This document shows, piece by piece, positions 19,543-27,781 of a stretch of 46,003 nucleotides of DNA. Location: assembly GCA_043806645.1 (NCBI GenBank), contig JAZDGX010000086.1:1-46003 (forward strand), given 5' to 3'. Below the pieces are notes generated by a model. That model saw nothing but the letters and a program-made list of their open reading frames with translations, was not told where the DNA came from and ran no database searches. Source of the stretch: Candidatus Eiseniibacteriota bacterium (lineage in GTDB: Bacteria > Eisenbacteria > RBG-16-71-46 > CAIMUX01 > WJJG01). Within the stretch, counting starts at the first letter, position 1. Each line of letters begins with the position of its first letter. A program made the position numbers and the translations under genes.

Positions 19543-20247
19543 ATGCAAGATCAAGTGGCGGTGTTGATCGAATTGAGGCAGGTCGACGATCGTCTCCAGA
19601 CCATGCGCGCCAAAGCCGAGGCACGTGCGGCCGATCTGCAGCGGCTGCAGAAGGAGGCCGACGCCGTGCGCGCGTCGCTGGCGCAGGAACAGGCGAAGCT
19701 CGCGCAGGCGCAGCGGAGTCATCGGGAGGCCAACGCGAAGATCGAGGACTGTCGTCTGGAGAAGGTGCGTGCCGAGAAGGCGCTGGGCAACGTGAAGAAC
19801 AACGATCAGTACCAGGCGTCCTTGCGCGAGATCGCGAGCATGGAGCAGAAGGCGCGGGAATGGGAGGACGTCGTCCTGGAGCTGATGGAGGTCGAGGAGG
19901 CTGCGCAGAGGACGATCGCCCGGATCGCGGCGGAGGTGAAGGAGAAGGAGAACGTCGCAGGCGCAGAGGGTGCCCGTCTGGACGAGAATCTGCGGGTCCT
20001 GAAGGGGCAGGAGGGTGAATTGGGTGCGGCGCGGTTGGCGCTGATCGAGCGACTCGGCCCTCAGGTTCGCAGCAAGTACGATCGCCTGACGGCGGCGAAG
20101 GGTGATGCGATCGTTCCGGTGCTGCGCGGCTCCTGCGGCGGATGTCACTACAATCTTCCGCCCCAGACGGTGAACGAAGTGCGCCAGAAGAACCGGATGA
20201 TCCTGTGCGAGGGTTGCGGTCGCATCCTGATTTGGCCGGGCGACTAG
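19543..20247 (+). CDS. coiled-coil protein with C-terminal C4 zinc ribbon (DUF164/COG1579; HP0958/CT398-like)
   Basis: ATG 19543 with AGGTGA upstream. A long heptad-rich region is followed by CGGCHYNLPPQ...ILCEGCGRIL. The ORF-track start at 19252 reads through both tRNA genes and is rejected. Confidence 0.75.
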   Translation: MQDQVAVLIELRQVDDRLQTMRAKAEARAADLQRLQKEADAVRASLAQEQAKLAQAQRSHREANAKIEDCRLEKVRAEKALGNVKNNDQYQASLREIASMEQKAREWEDVVLELMEVEEAAQRTIARIAAEVKEKENVAGAEGARLDENLRVLKGQEGELGAARLALIERLGPQVRSKYDRLTAAKGDAIVPVLRGSCGGCHYNLPPQTVNEVRQKNRMILCEGCGRILIWPGD

Positions 20248-20307
20248 GGCCGGCCGCGGGCGCTCCTTTTCCGGGGCGCGCGGCGCCCGGGCGCGGTATA
20301 GTGAAGT

Positions 20308-20698
20308 GAGGCTGGAGTCGGTGAGGTGGTCGCGGGGCCCGCGCGGGTCCCGAGGAAAGTCCGAGCTCCGCAGGGCAGGGTGCTGGGTAATCCCCAGTGG
20401 GAGCGATCCCAAGGAAAGTGCAACAGAAAGCAGACCGCCGCGAGCGGTCGTCCGGTGACCCGGGGGGCTCTCGCGGTAAGGGTGAAACGGTGAGGTAAGA
20501 GCTCACCAGCGCCGGGGGTGATCCCGGCGGCTAGGCAAACCCCACCCGGAGCAAGACCAAATAGGGGAGGATGAGGTGGCCCGCCTCGCCAGGACTCCCG
20601 GGTAGGTTGCTCGAGGCGCCCGGCAGCGGGCGTCCCAGAGAAATGACCACCGCGGACCCGGTCCGCACAGAACTCGGCTTACGGCCGGCTCCAGCCTC
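20308..20698 (+). ncRNA. rnpB: RNase P RNA, bacterial type A
   Basis: Conserved P4 strands CGAGGAAAGTCCGAGCTCC and ACAGAACTCGGCTTAC, plus GGGTGAAACGGTGAGGTAAGAGCTCACCAG and GGCAAACCCCACC. The P1 helix is GAGGCTGGAG (20308-20317) pairing with CTCCAGCCTC (20689-20698). TATAGT at 20297-20302 sits just upstream. Confidence 0.9.
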
Positions 20699-20781
20699 GC
20701 GTTCTTCTTGAGTTCCGGATGGCCCGGCCAAGCCTGCAAGAATGGCATCGCCCTCCTCGGGCGGTCGTACGGATCGATGGG

Positions 20782-23229
20782 ATGCGCTCCGAGCTGCACC
20801 GTTTTCTCCTGGGATTCCTGATCGCGCTGGCGTTCGCATCGCTCCATCTGCTTGCGCCCGGTTCCGACGTGATTCCCCTGACCGGAGACAGCGCGACCTA
20901 CCATCGCCTCGCGGAAGGGATCGAACGGCTGCTGAAGAGCCGTGAACTGATGAGCGGCCTGTTCACCGGCGGCATCGAGCCGGGAGTACGCGAATCGCTT
21001 GGCATCGATCGCTGGGAATTCCAGCACGCGGCGGGGTACGTCTTCCCGCTGGGAGCGCTCTACTCCCTCTTTCCAGCCAACCTGGGCGTGGGGCGCGCAC
21101 TCGGAGTGATCCTCTACGCGCTTTCCGGCGGGCTCACGCTGATCATCGCCGGCAGACTGCTGGGCCGCCGTCTGGCCTGGATCGCCCTGGCGGCCTACCT
21201 GCTTTACCTTCCCTTTCTCTACTTCGGGCTCGGCATTGCGACCGAGGGGCACGCCGCCTTCCATGTGCTGCTCGTGGTCTGGCTGCTGCTCCGGTTCCAC
21301 CGGCGCATGGGCCGCGCCGAAGCGCTCTGGTTCGGGTTCGGGATCGCTTTGTTGGGCCTCGCCAAGGCGACCTATCGGCCGCTGGCTCTGCTGCTCTTTC
21401 TGGGCGAGGCGCTATGGCTGCTGCGTGAAGGCAAGCGCGCTCTGCTCGCGAGGCTGGGGGCCGGATTCTGCGCCCCGCTTGCGGCATGGGTCGCGGCGTT
21501 GGCCCTGGCGGGAATCTCTCCCAGCCCCTTCGGGGTGGGCAGCGATCATGCGCTGCGAACCTTCCGCGGCAACAACGTGGTGGATCAGGGCTGGGAATCG
21601 ACCGGCATCGGGGATTCGATCAGCCGGGAGTTGGAAGAGGCGGAGCTCGCCGCGCGATCCGAGGGCGGAGATCTGGCATGGGATGACGCGTCGCGGGAAC
21701 GGGTCTACTGGGGCGCTCTGCGCCGAACGATCGCCCGCTATCCGGTCGAGTGGGTGGGACTCGTGGCCGAGAAGGCGGGGCTCTTCTGGCAGTACCCGGC
21801 CCGAAAGACCTTCGTACGCACCTTTCTGGGGGCATGGCCGATCCCGCGCGGCCTTCATGCGGCGTTCATCCCGCTGGCCCTTCTCGGCATCGCCGCCGTG
21901 GCGTGGCGAAGGAGCGCCTATTGGGTCCCGGGAGCGATCCTGATCGCGGCGACCACCATGCATGCCCTGACCCACATGGTGGCGCGCTACCACCTGCCGC
22001 TGCTTGCGCTCGGGATGATCTTCGGGATCCTCGGCGCCAAGAGCCTCGTGGTGGCGCTGCTGCGTGCTCACCGGTGCCGTGCCTGGCCCGGGGTCTCGAT
22101 CCTGGTCTGGGGGCCGGGCGCCGCGCTGGCCTTCGTCCTGGGAAGCTGGCTCCTCTCTCCTCCGTGGGTTTTCACGCCGGCGGTGGGGAGGATCGCCTAC
22201 CGGATCGGGGCGCTCCTCCAAGGCGGATCGATTCTGCTCTTGGCTCCGCCGGCGATCGCTTGGGCGGGAAGACTCTACCGCGCGCGCCGGTGCCGGGCGT
22301 GGGCCCTCGGGGGCGTGGCCGTTCTCTGCGCGCTTCCCGTGGCAGGGACGGCCCTTGCCAAGCGCGACTGGGATGAAGTGGCGATCCTGCTCACCCGGCC
22401 GGGGGACGCGCTGGTGCAGGAGATCGTGCTTCCCAAGGGAGCGCCGGGCGAGCGGGCGTGGGAAGAGGCCTGGCTGGAAATCGACATGCTGCGCTCGTTG
22501 CAGGGCTCCTTCGAGCTGGACGTTCTTGTGCAGGGCGAGCGTGTCCACGCCTTCAACGATTCGCTGGAAGGGGGCTACGCGAGCTTCCTCTTCGATCCCC
22601 GGGTCCATGCGGCGGAGGAGCGCTTCCGCCGCGTGGCCGAACGATGTCGGGACTTCGTCTCGGGCTGGTGCAATCCGCGCTATGGCGCGCGCAGTCCCGG
22701 ATACGACTACTTCCGTCGCTGGGTGCCGGTGCCGGTGTCCCCGGCGCTTCTGGACGCAGACACGATCCGCGTGGAATTGCGTCTGGTGCGTTCCGTCGCG
22801 GGGGCCTGGGTGAAGGTCTACAGCGACCGCTACCCCGAAACGCCGCGGGGCTTCACCGGTCCCGCGATGGGGGAGAACCCATACGATCATTCCCACTATC
22901 GCATGGAGTTCCTCGCCGGAGATCGCGAGCGGATGGATTCCCGCCTGACGCGCACGCGCCTGCTCGCCAGCTCGAGCGCGCGAACGCTGCATTGCCGGGA
23001 CGGAGAGTGCGGCCAGGACCTCGACCCAGGGTGGCGTGTACTGAACGGAGAAGCGCGCCTGCGCATCCGCTGCCGCAGAACCGGGCGGCTGGTGGCCGGC
23101 CCGGCTCCCGAAGGCGCGCGCGTCCCGACCTGGACGACGGCCGCGGAGGGTGAGGATCTCGATCCGCAGAGCATTCGCCGCTTCCAGGCCTGGAGGGAGT
23201 ACTTCATTGACGGCACGCAGGTGTTCTGA
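20782..23229 (+). CDS. polytopic membrane protein resembling GT-C (ArnT/PMT-like) glycosyltransferases, with an extra C-terminal soluble domain of roughly 270 aa
   Basis: Many predicted TM helices. The first loop carries GDSATYHRLA, which resembles the DExxY-like motif of PMT_2/ArnT proteins. Also LLGLAKATYRPLALLLF and ARYHLPLLALGMIF. The C-terminal third is hydrophilic. The start is ATG 20782 (MRSELHRF) or ATG 20719. Confidence 0.5.
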   Translation: MRSELHRFLLGFLIALAFASLHLLAPGSDVIPLTGDSATYHRLAEGIERLLKSRELMSGLFTGGIEPGVRESLGIDRWEFQHAAGYVFPLGALYSLFPANLGVGRALGVILYALSGGLTLIIAGRLLGRRLAWIALAAYLLYLPFLYFGLGIATEGHAAFHVLLVVWLLLRFHRRMGRAEALWFGFGIALLGLAKATYRPLALLLFLGEALWLLREGKRALLARLGAGFCAPLAAWVAALALAGISPSPFGVGSDHALRTFRGNNVVDQGWESTGIGDSISRELEEAELAARSEGGDLAWDDASRERVYWGALRRTIARYPVEWVGLVAEKAGLFWQYPARKTFVRTFLGAWPIPRGLHAAFIPLALLGIAAVAWRRSAYWVPGAILIAATTMHALTHMVARYHLPLLALGMIFGILGAKSLVVALLRAHRCRAWPGVSILVWGPGAALAFVLGSWLLSPPWVFTPAVGRIAYRIGALLQGGSILLLAPPAIAWAGRLYRARRCRAWALGGVAVLCALPVAGTALAKRDWDEVAILLTRPGDALVQEIVLPKGAPGERAWEEAWLEIDMLRSLQGSFELDVLVQGERVHAFNDSLEGGYASFLFDPRVHAAEERFRRVAERCRDFVSGWCNPRYGARSPGYDYFRRWVPVPVSPALLDADTIRVELRLVRSVAGAWVKVYSDRYPETPRGFTGPAMGENPYDHSHYRMEFLAGDRERMDSRLTRTRLLASSSARTLHCRDGECGQDLDPGWRVLNGEARLRIRCRRTGRLVAGPAPEGARVPTWTTAAEGEDLDPQSIRRFQAWREYFIDGTQVF

Positions 23230-26038
23230 GACGCGCCGCGGCTGCGGGAGTTGGATCGCCGCCGGTCTCGTGCTGGCCCTGTGCGCCGGGGCCTCGGCCG
23301 CGGAGGCCCAGTACATCCGTTTCGGCAAGAACAAGGTCAACTACCGCGAATTCGACTGGGCCGCGCTGCGCAGCGAACATTTCGATCTCTACTACTATCC
23401 GGAGGAAGAAGAACTCGCCCTGATCGCGATCGGCATGGCCGAGGAGAGCTATCGCGTCCATCGCGAGCGCTTCGTGCATGAAGTCGAAGATCGCATTCCG
23501 ATCATCCTGTACAGTAGCCAGCACGATTTCGAGCAGACCAACATCACACCGATGATCATTCCCGAAGGCGTGGCCGGCCTCACCGAGTCGATGCGCGGGC
23601 GCGTGCTGATGCCCTTCGACGGCTCGCTGAGCGATTTCTCCCGCACCCTGGAGCATGAATTGGTGCACGCCTTCCAGCTGTCGATGGCCGAGCGGCTCCA
23701 TCGGGACCGCGGCCAGACCCGCAGCGCCGGAATGCCGCTCTGGTTTACGGAGGGACTGGCCGAGCATTGGTCCGGCAACCGGAGCCCCGACGGAGACATG
23801 ATTCTGCGGGACCTCGTGATCAGCGGAAATCTTCCGTCGATCGCCGGCATTCCCGAATACGACGGGACCTTCGCCCTTTATAAGATCGGTCAATCGTTGG
23901 TGCAGTTCATTGCCGAAACATACGGCGAAGACAAGCTCGCGCTTTTCTATACGGAGAAGTGGAAGGCGCGCCGGTTCGAGGATCTGCTGGCCGAGGTGCT
24001 GGGGGCCGATCTCGAAGAGGTGGACGCGCGCTGGACCCAATGGTTGCGCCGGCGCTACTACCCCGACGTCCTGGAAGTGGAGCCGCTGCTGCCCACGGCG
24101 CAGCGCGTTTCGATCTGGGGCATGGAGCTGAAGCCGACCCCGATTCCCGACAGTCTGGAGGGCGTGAGCGGCGATTTCGTCTTCATCTCACCGCATTCGG
24201 GCTATGTGAACATCTATTCGGGTACGCTCGAAGAGGGGGGCGGGGAGCCACGGGTGCTGATCGAGGGCGAACGCAAGCCCGAGTACCTCTCCTTCCATGC
24301 CTACCGCAGCCGCATGGATATCTCCGCGACGGGGTGGCTCGTCTTTTCCTCGCATTGCGGGCGGCGCGATGAACTCTCGGCGTACGATCTGAAGAGCGGC
24401 GAGATCGTCGGACGCTGGGGATTCGACGACTTGGTGGGAATCACCTCGCCGCAGTGGGACCTCCGCGGGCGCGCGGTGGTCTTCTCCGGGCTGAGCCGCA
24501 CCGGCTATCGGGATCTCTATCGCCTCGACATCGAGACGGGCGAACGCGAACGCCTGACCGAAGACCGTTTCTGCGATCTCGAGCCCGCGATTCATCCGGA
24601 CGGACGCTGGATTGCCTTCGTCTCCGACCGGGCGCCGCAAGGGCGCGAGGGGGCGCGCAATCTCTTCCTGCTCGATCTGGAAACCCGCTACATCCGGCCC
24701 CTGACGCAGGGTCCCTGGTGGGACGCATCTCCCTGCTGGTCCCCCGATGGAACGCAGTTGCTCTTCACCTCGAGCCGCGAGAATCGCCGGGACCTATACA
24801 CGGTGGATCTGCAAGGTCGCGGCGCGCGGCGCACGCACGCCCAGGAGACCATCCTTGATCCGCGCTGGTTGCCCTCGGGCCGCGAAGTGCTGGCGACGCT
24901 CTATGCGAACGGTCGCCTCGAGACGGCCGTCATTCCCCTCTCGCCGCCGGCGCCGGCGGATTCCTTCCGGCAGGAGCCGGAGCGGGTTGCGACGGCGCCG
25001 TGGTGGCTCACGGCTCCGGTTGCAACCGAGGTGCAGCGCGGAGAGTACCGCTCGCGCTTTTCGATCGATGTGGCCCAGGGGGGCGTGGCGGTCGACCCGG
25101 GCCTCGGCTCGGGGCAGGGCCTGCAGATGCTGCTGCGCGACCTGATGGGCGACCGCCTGATCTTCATCCAGATGGGCAACACGACCATCGCGACCCAGGA
25201 CTTTCTCGACAATCTGTCGGCGGGTGTCACCTACGTCGATCTCAGCCGCAGGCTCAACCGCGGGATCTCCCTCTACCATCACGCGGGCACCTATTACGAC
25301 GAGCAGCGCCGGCCTTTCTTCGAGCGTCGCGTCGGGGCGAGCGGGCTGCTGAGCTACCCGCTGTCGCGGTTCACGCGTCTGGAGACCAGCTTCGGACTCG
25401 CCTACTCCGACAAGGAGCATCCGTCGACCGGCTTCGAACGCCGCGGCATGCTGGCGACGCACTATCTTTCGTGGATCCATGATACCGCTCTGTGGCTGCC
25501 GACCGGTCCGATCGACGGAGATCGTATGCATCTGACGGCGGGCCTGACGCTGAATCTGAATCGGCCGGGACTCGAGAACTACCTGTTGCTGGCTGACGCG
25601 CGGCGCTACTTCCGTCTCGGGCAGCGGTCGGCGCTGGCCGCCCGGTTGCAGGGACGCTTCTCGGGGGGAGAGGATCCACAAGCCTTCCAGCTCGGCGGCT
25701 CGTCCAGCCTGCGCGGGTATCCCTATCGGGAGCTCTACGGAACGCGATCCCTGCTCGCCAACGTCGAGCTACGCATTCCCTTGTTGAATCGCTTCCTGGT
25801 CGATTCGGCCCTGGGGGGCGTGTTGGCCTTCCCGGGCATTCAAGGCGCGGTGTTTTTCGATGCCGGGCAGGCCTGGTACGACGCATGGCCCGACGCGTGG
25901 CAGGGGAGCTACGGCCTGGGTCTGCGCATGGGGCTGGCCGGCATGCTGGTGCTGCGCTGGGACATCGCGCGCAGAACCGATTTCGAGTCCTGGGACGATC
26001 GCAGCCGCACGGAGTTCTCGATCGGATGGGACTATTGA
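23150..26038 (+). CDS. outer-membrane fusion protein: peptidase-MA-like HEXXH domain, PD40/TolB-like beta-propeller and Omp85-type (surface antigen) beta-barrel
   Basis: Signal-like WIAAGLVLALCAGASAAEA. HELVH at 23654-23668 followed by LWFTEGLAEHW (gluzincin-like third ligand). PD40 repeats include PAIHPDGRWIAFVSDR and PCWSPDGTQLLFTSSR. The C-terminal barrel (GGSSSLRGYPY...GLGLRMGL...) ends ...FSIGWDY. The start is ATG 23150 or in-frame TTG 23207; either overlaps the upstream gene end (23229). Confidence 0.65.
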   Translation: MRISIRRAFAASRPGGSTSLTARRCSETRRGCGSWIAAGLVLALCAGASAAEAQYIRFGKNKVNYREFDWAALRSEHFDLYYYPEEEELALIAIGMAEESYRVHRERFVHEVEDRIPIILYSSQHDFEQTNITPMIIPEGVAGLTESMRGRVLMPFDGSLSDFSRTLEHELVHAFQLSMAERLHRDRGQTRSAGMPLWFTEGLAEHWSGNRSPDGDMILRDLVISGNLPSIAGIPEYDGTFALYKIGQSLVQFIAETYGEDKLALFYTEKWKARRFEDLLAEVLGADLEEVDARWTQWLRRRYYPDVLEVEPLLPTAQRVSIWGMELKPTPIPDSLEGVSGDFVFISPHSGYVNIYSGTLEEGGGEPRVLIEGERKPEYLSFHAYRSRMDISATGWLVFSSHCGRRDELSAYDLKSGEIVGRWGFDDLVGITSPQWDLRGRAVVFSGLSRTGYRDLYRLDIETGERERLTEDRFCDLEPAIHPDGRWIAFVSDRAPQGREGARNLFLLDLETRYIRPLTQGPWWDASPCWSPDGTQLLFTSSRENRRDLYTVDLQGRGARRTHAQETILDPRWLPSGREVLATLYANGRLETAVIPLSPPAPADSFRQEPERVATAPWWLTAPVATEVQRGEYRSRFSIDVAQGGVAVDPGLGSGQGLQMLLRDLMGDRLIFIQMGNTTIATQDFLDNLSAGVTYVDLSRRLNRGISLYHHAGTYYDEQRRPFFERRVGASGLLSYPLSRFTRLETSFGLAYSDKEHPSTGFERRGMLATHYLSWIHDTALWLPTGPIDGDRMHLTAGLTLNLNRPGLENYLLLADARRYFRLGQRSALAARLQGRFSGGEDPQAFQLGGSSSLRGYPYRELYGTRSLLANVELRIPLLNRFLVDSALGGVLAFPGIQGAVFFDAGQAWYDAWPDAWQGSYGLGLRMGLAGMLVLRWDIARRTDFESWDDRSRTEFSIGWDY

Positions 26039-26099
26039 GTCCGGATGGTGCGTGCGGCAAAAGGAGCAGGGGACCCAGAGGGACCGGAGGGACCGGAGG

Positions 26100-27773
26100 A
26101 TGCCGGGGGTAGCTGCCCATCGCTGGACCGAGCGCCCTGAGCACGGGAAGTCCCCGTCGCTGTGGCGCGTCTTATGGGGAGGCATCCTGTTGTCCGGGTG
26201 CGTCTGCGCCGTTGCGTTGCCCGCGTGGGCGGGGGGAGAAAGCGCCGGGGGCGAAAAGAAAGTCTGGGAAAAGAAAGTCGGGCGGTCGCTCGGCCATGGA
26301 ATCGCCCGCGAGGGGAACAGCATCGCGGTGACTTCCCTCGACCGGCACTGCATGCTGCTCGACCGCCTCACGGGAAAAGAAATCTGGGACCAGCGCCTGG
26401 ACGATGGCATCCAGGCGGGGCTGACGATCGCGAAAGGGCACATCCTCGGCGTGACAGACCATGTGAATGGTAAGCTCTTTTGCCTCGAAGCCCGCCGGGG
26501 CGATATGCTGTGGAGCCGGACGCTGGGCGCAGCCTGGGGCGCGCCGCTCGTTCGGGACGGGCGGGTGTATGCGGCGTCCAAGAGTGGGACGGTGGTTGCC
26601 GTCGAGCTCGACGACGGGTCGCATGTCTGGCAGCGCAGGCTCGGAGTCACCATTCGGTCGGGCCTTGCCTTTGCGGAGAGCGTGCTGTTCGTGCCCACGG
26701 CGGAGGATTCGCTGCTGGCCTTCAAGGCCGAGGATGGCGAGCGGGTGTGGGGGATTTCCTGTGGTGGCGGCCTCTACGGGCCTCCGGTCGTGAAAGGTGG
26801 GCGCCTCTGGTGCCTGACCTACTCCGGAAGACTCCTGATGCTCGATGCCAGGGATGGCGCAACCCTTGCCCAAGCGCACCTGCAGGCGAGTTTCCGCAGC
26901 GGGATGGTCTCGGGAGAGCATCTCTACGCCCTCTCCACGGGCGGGACTCTCTTTGCCATCACGGCCGGGGATCTGTCGGTCGTCTGGGAGCGGAAACTGG
27001 GCGGGGCCGCCGATCTTTGCCCCACCGTGGCGGAGGATATCGTCTGGGTCGGCCTGCGCGACGGATCGGTACACGGCTTGCGTGCCACCGACGGCGACGA
27101 GGTGCTCCGTCTCGAAGTCTGCGCGCCCGTGGCGGCCCCGATCCTTGTCGATGCGGAGATGATCTTCGTCGCCGCCGGCGAAGGCAAGCTCATCGCCTAT
27201 CGTTGGGAGGGTCGCAACGCGGCCCGGATGAGCGATTCAGATCGGACCACCGGCCTTGATGTCGTCGTTTCCGCGGCGGACGCATCTCGGGCGGGACTTC
27301 TCGATCTCCCTGGTGAGGGTGGCACGAAGATCCGTTTGCGCGGCAAGGCTGAACCTGGATACGAGGGTGCAGCGCGACTTCATCTGGTCGGGCCCGGGGG
27401 AGTCGAATCGCTTCACCCGCCCCCCCCTGAGAACGGATCATCTCTGGCGCAGAACAAATCCAGCCCGACCGGGCCGACGGAAGCTGCCGGGGCAGGGTCG
27501 AATTGGTCCACCGCGCGCGAGCCGGGAGGAGGGCTGACGCGTTGGCTCTACACGCTCGGATGCCTTGTCGGCGCCGGCGCCGCGCTCCGGCTGCATGCCG
27601 AAGCGGATGAGGCGCACGCGGTCTACGAGACCACGGGCGACCCGGGACGGCGTGACGCGGCGTTCGACCGGGCCCAAACCTATGACCGGGCGGTGGTGGG
27701 AGCGTGGCTGGCTTCGGAAATCTGCTTCTTCCTCGGTGTGCGGGCCTGGCTGAAGGCCGCGCGGGGCGCGTAG
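26100..27773 (+). CDS. PQQ-like beta-propeller repeat protein (BamB-like) with a C-terminal extension
   Basis: ATG 26100 with GGAGG upstream. The N-terminal hydrophobic segment has a possible lipobox (LLSGC) or an AWA-G signal peptidase I site. Repeated xG.l.ald..tG...W motifs occur (LDRLTGKEIWDQRL, EARRGDMLWSRTL, ELDDGSHVWQRRL, KAEDGERVWGI, TAGDLSVVWERKL, RATDGDEVLRL). Confidence 0.65.
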   Translation: MPGVAAHRWTERPEHGKSPSLWRVLWGGILLSGCVCAVALPAWAGGESAGGEKKVWEKKVGRSLGHGIAREGNSIAVTSLDRHCMLLDRLTGKEIWDQRLDDGIQAGLTIAKGHILGVTDHVNGKLFCLEARRGDMLWSRTLGAAWGAPLVRDGRVYAASKSGTVVAVELDDGSHVWQRRLGVTIRSGLAFAESVLFVPTAEDSLLAFKAEDGERVWGISCGGGLYGPPVVKGGRLWCLTYSGRLLMLDARDGATLAQAHLQASFRSGMVSGEHLYALSTGGTLFAITAGDLSVVWERKLGGAADLCPTVAEDIVWVGLRDGSVHGLRATDGDEVLRLEVCAPVAAPILVDAEMIFVAAGEGKLIAYRWEGRNAARMSDSDRTTGLDVVVSAADASRAGLLDLPGEGGTKIRLRGKAEPGYEGAARLHLVGPGGVESLHPPPPENGSSLAQNKSSPTGPTEAAGAGSNWSTAREPGGGLTRWLYTLGCLVGAGAALRLHAEADEAHAVYETTGDPGRRDAAFDRAQTYDRAVVGAWLASEICFFLGVRAWLKAARGA

Positions 27774-27781
27774 GGAGAAGG

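Noticed and set aside
20503-21300. 265-aa minus-strand ORF, and 20531-20839
   Set aside because: They overlap the 3' half of RNase P RNA and the 5' end of the membrane protein gene. No coding signal.
21412-23340. 642-aa minus-strand ORF
   Set aside because: It is antisense to the polytopic membrane protein gene. It has no motifs and a shadow-frame composition.
26071-26098. Tandem GGGACCGGA GGGACCGGA before the BamB-like gene as a possible repeat array
   Set aside because: There are only two short copies. They are most simply an SD-containing (GGAGG) GC-rich duplication, not a CRISPR or VNTR.
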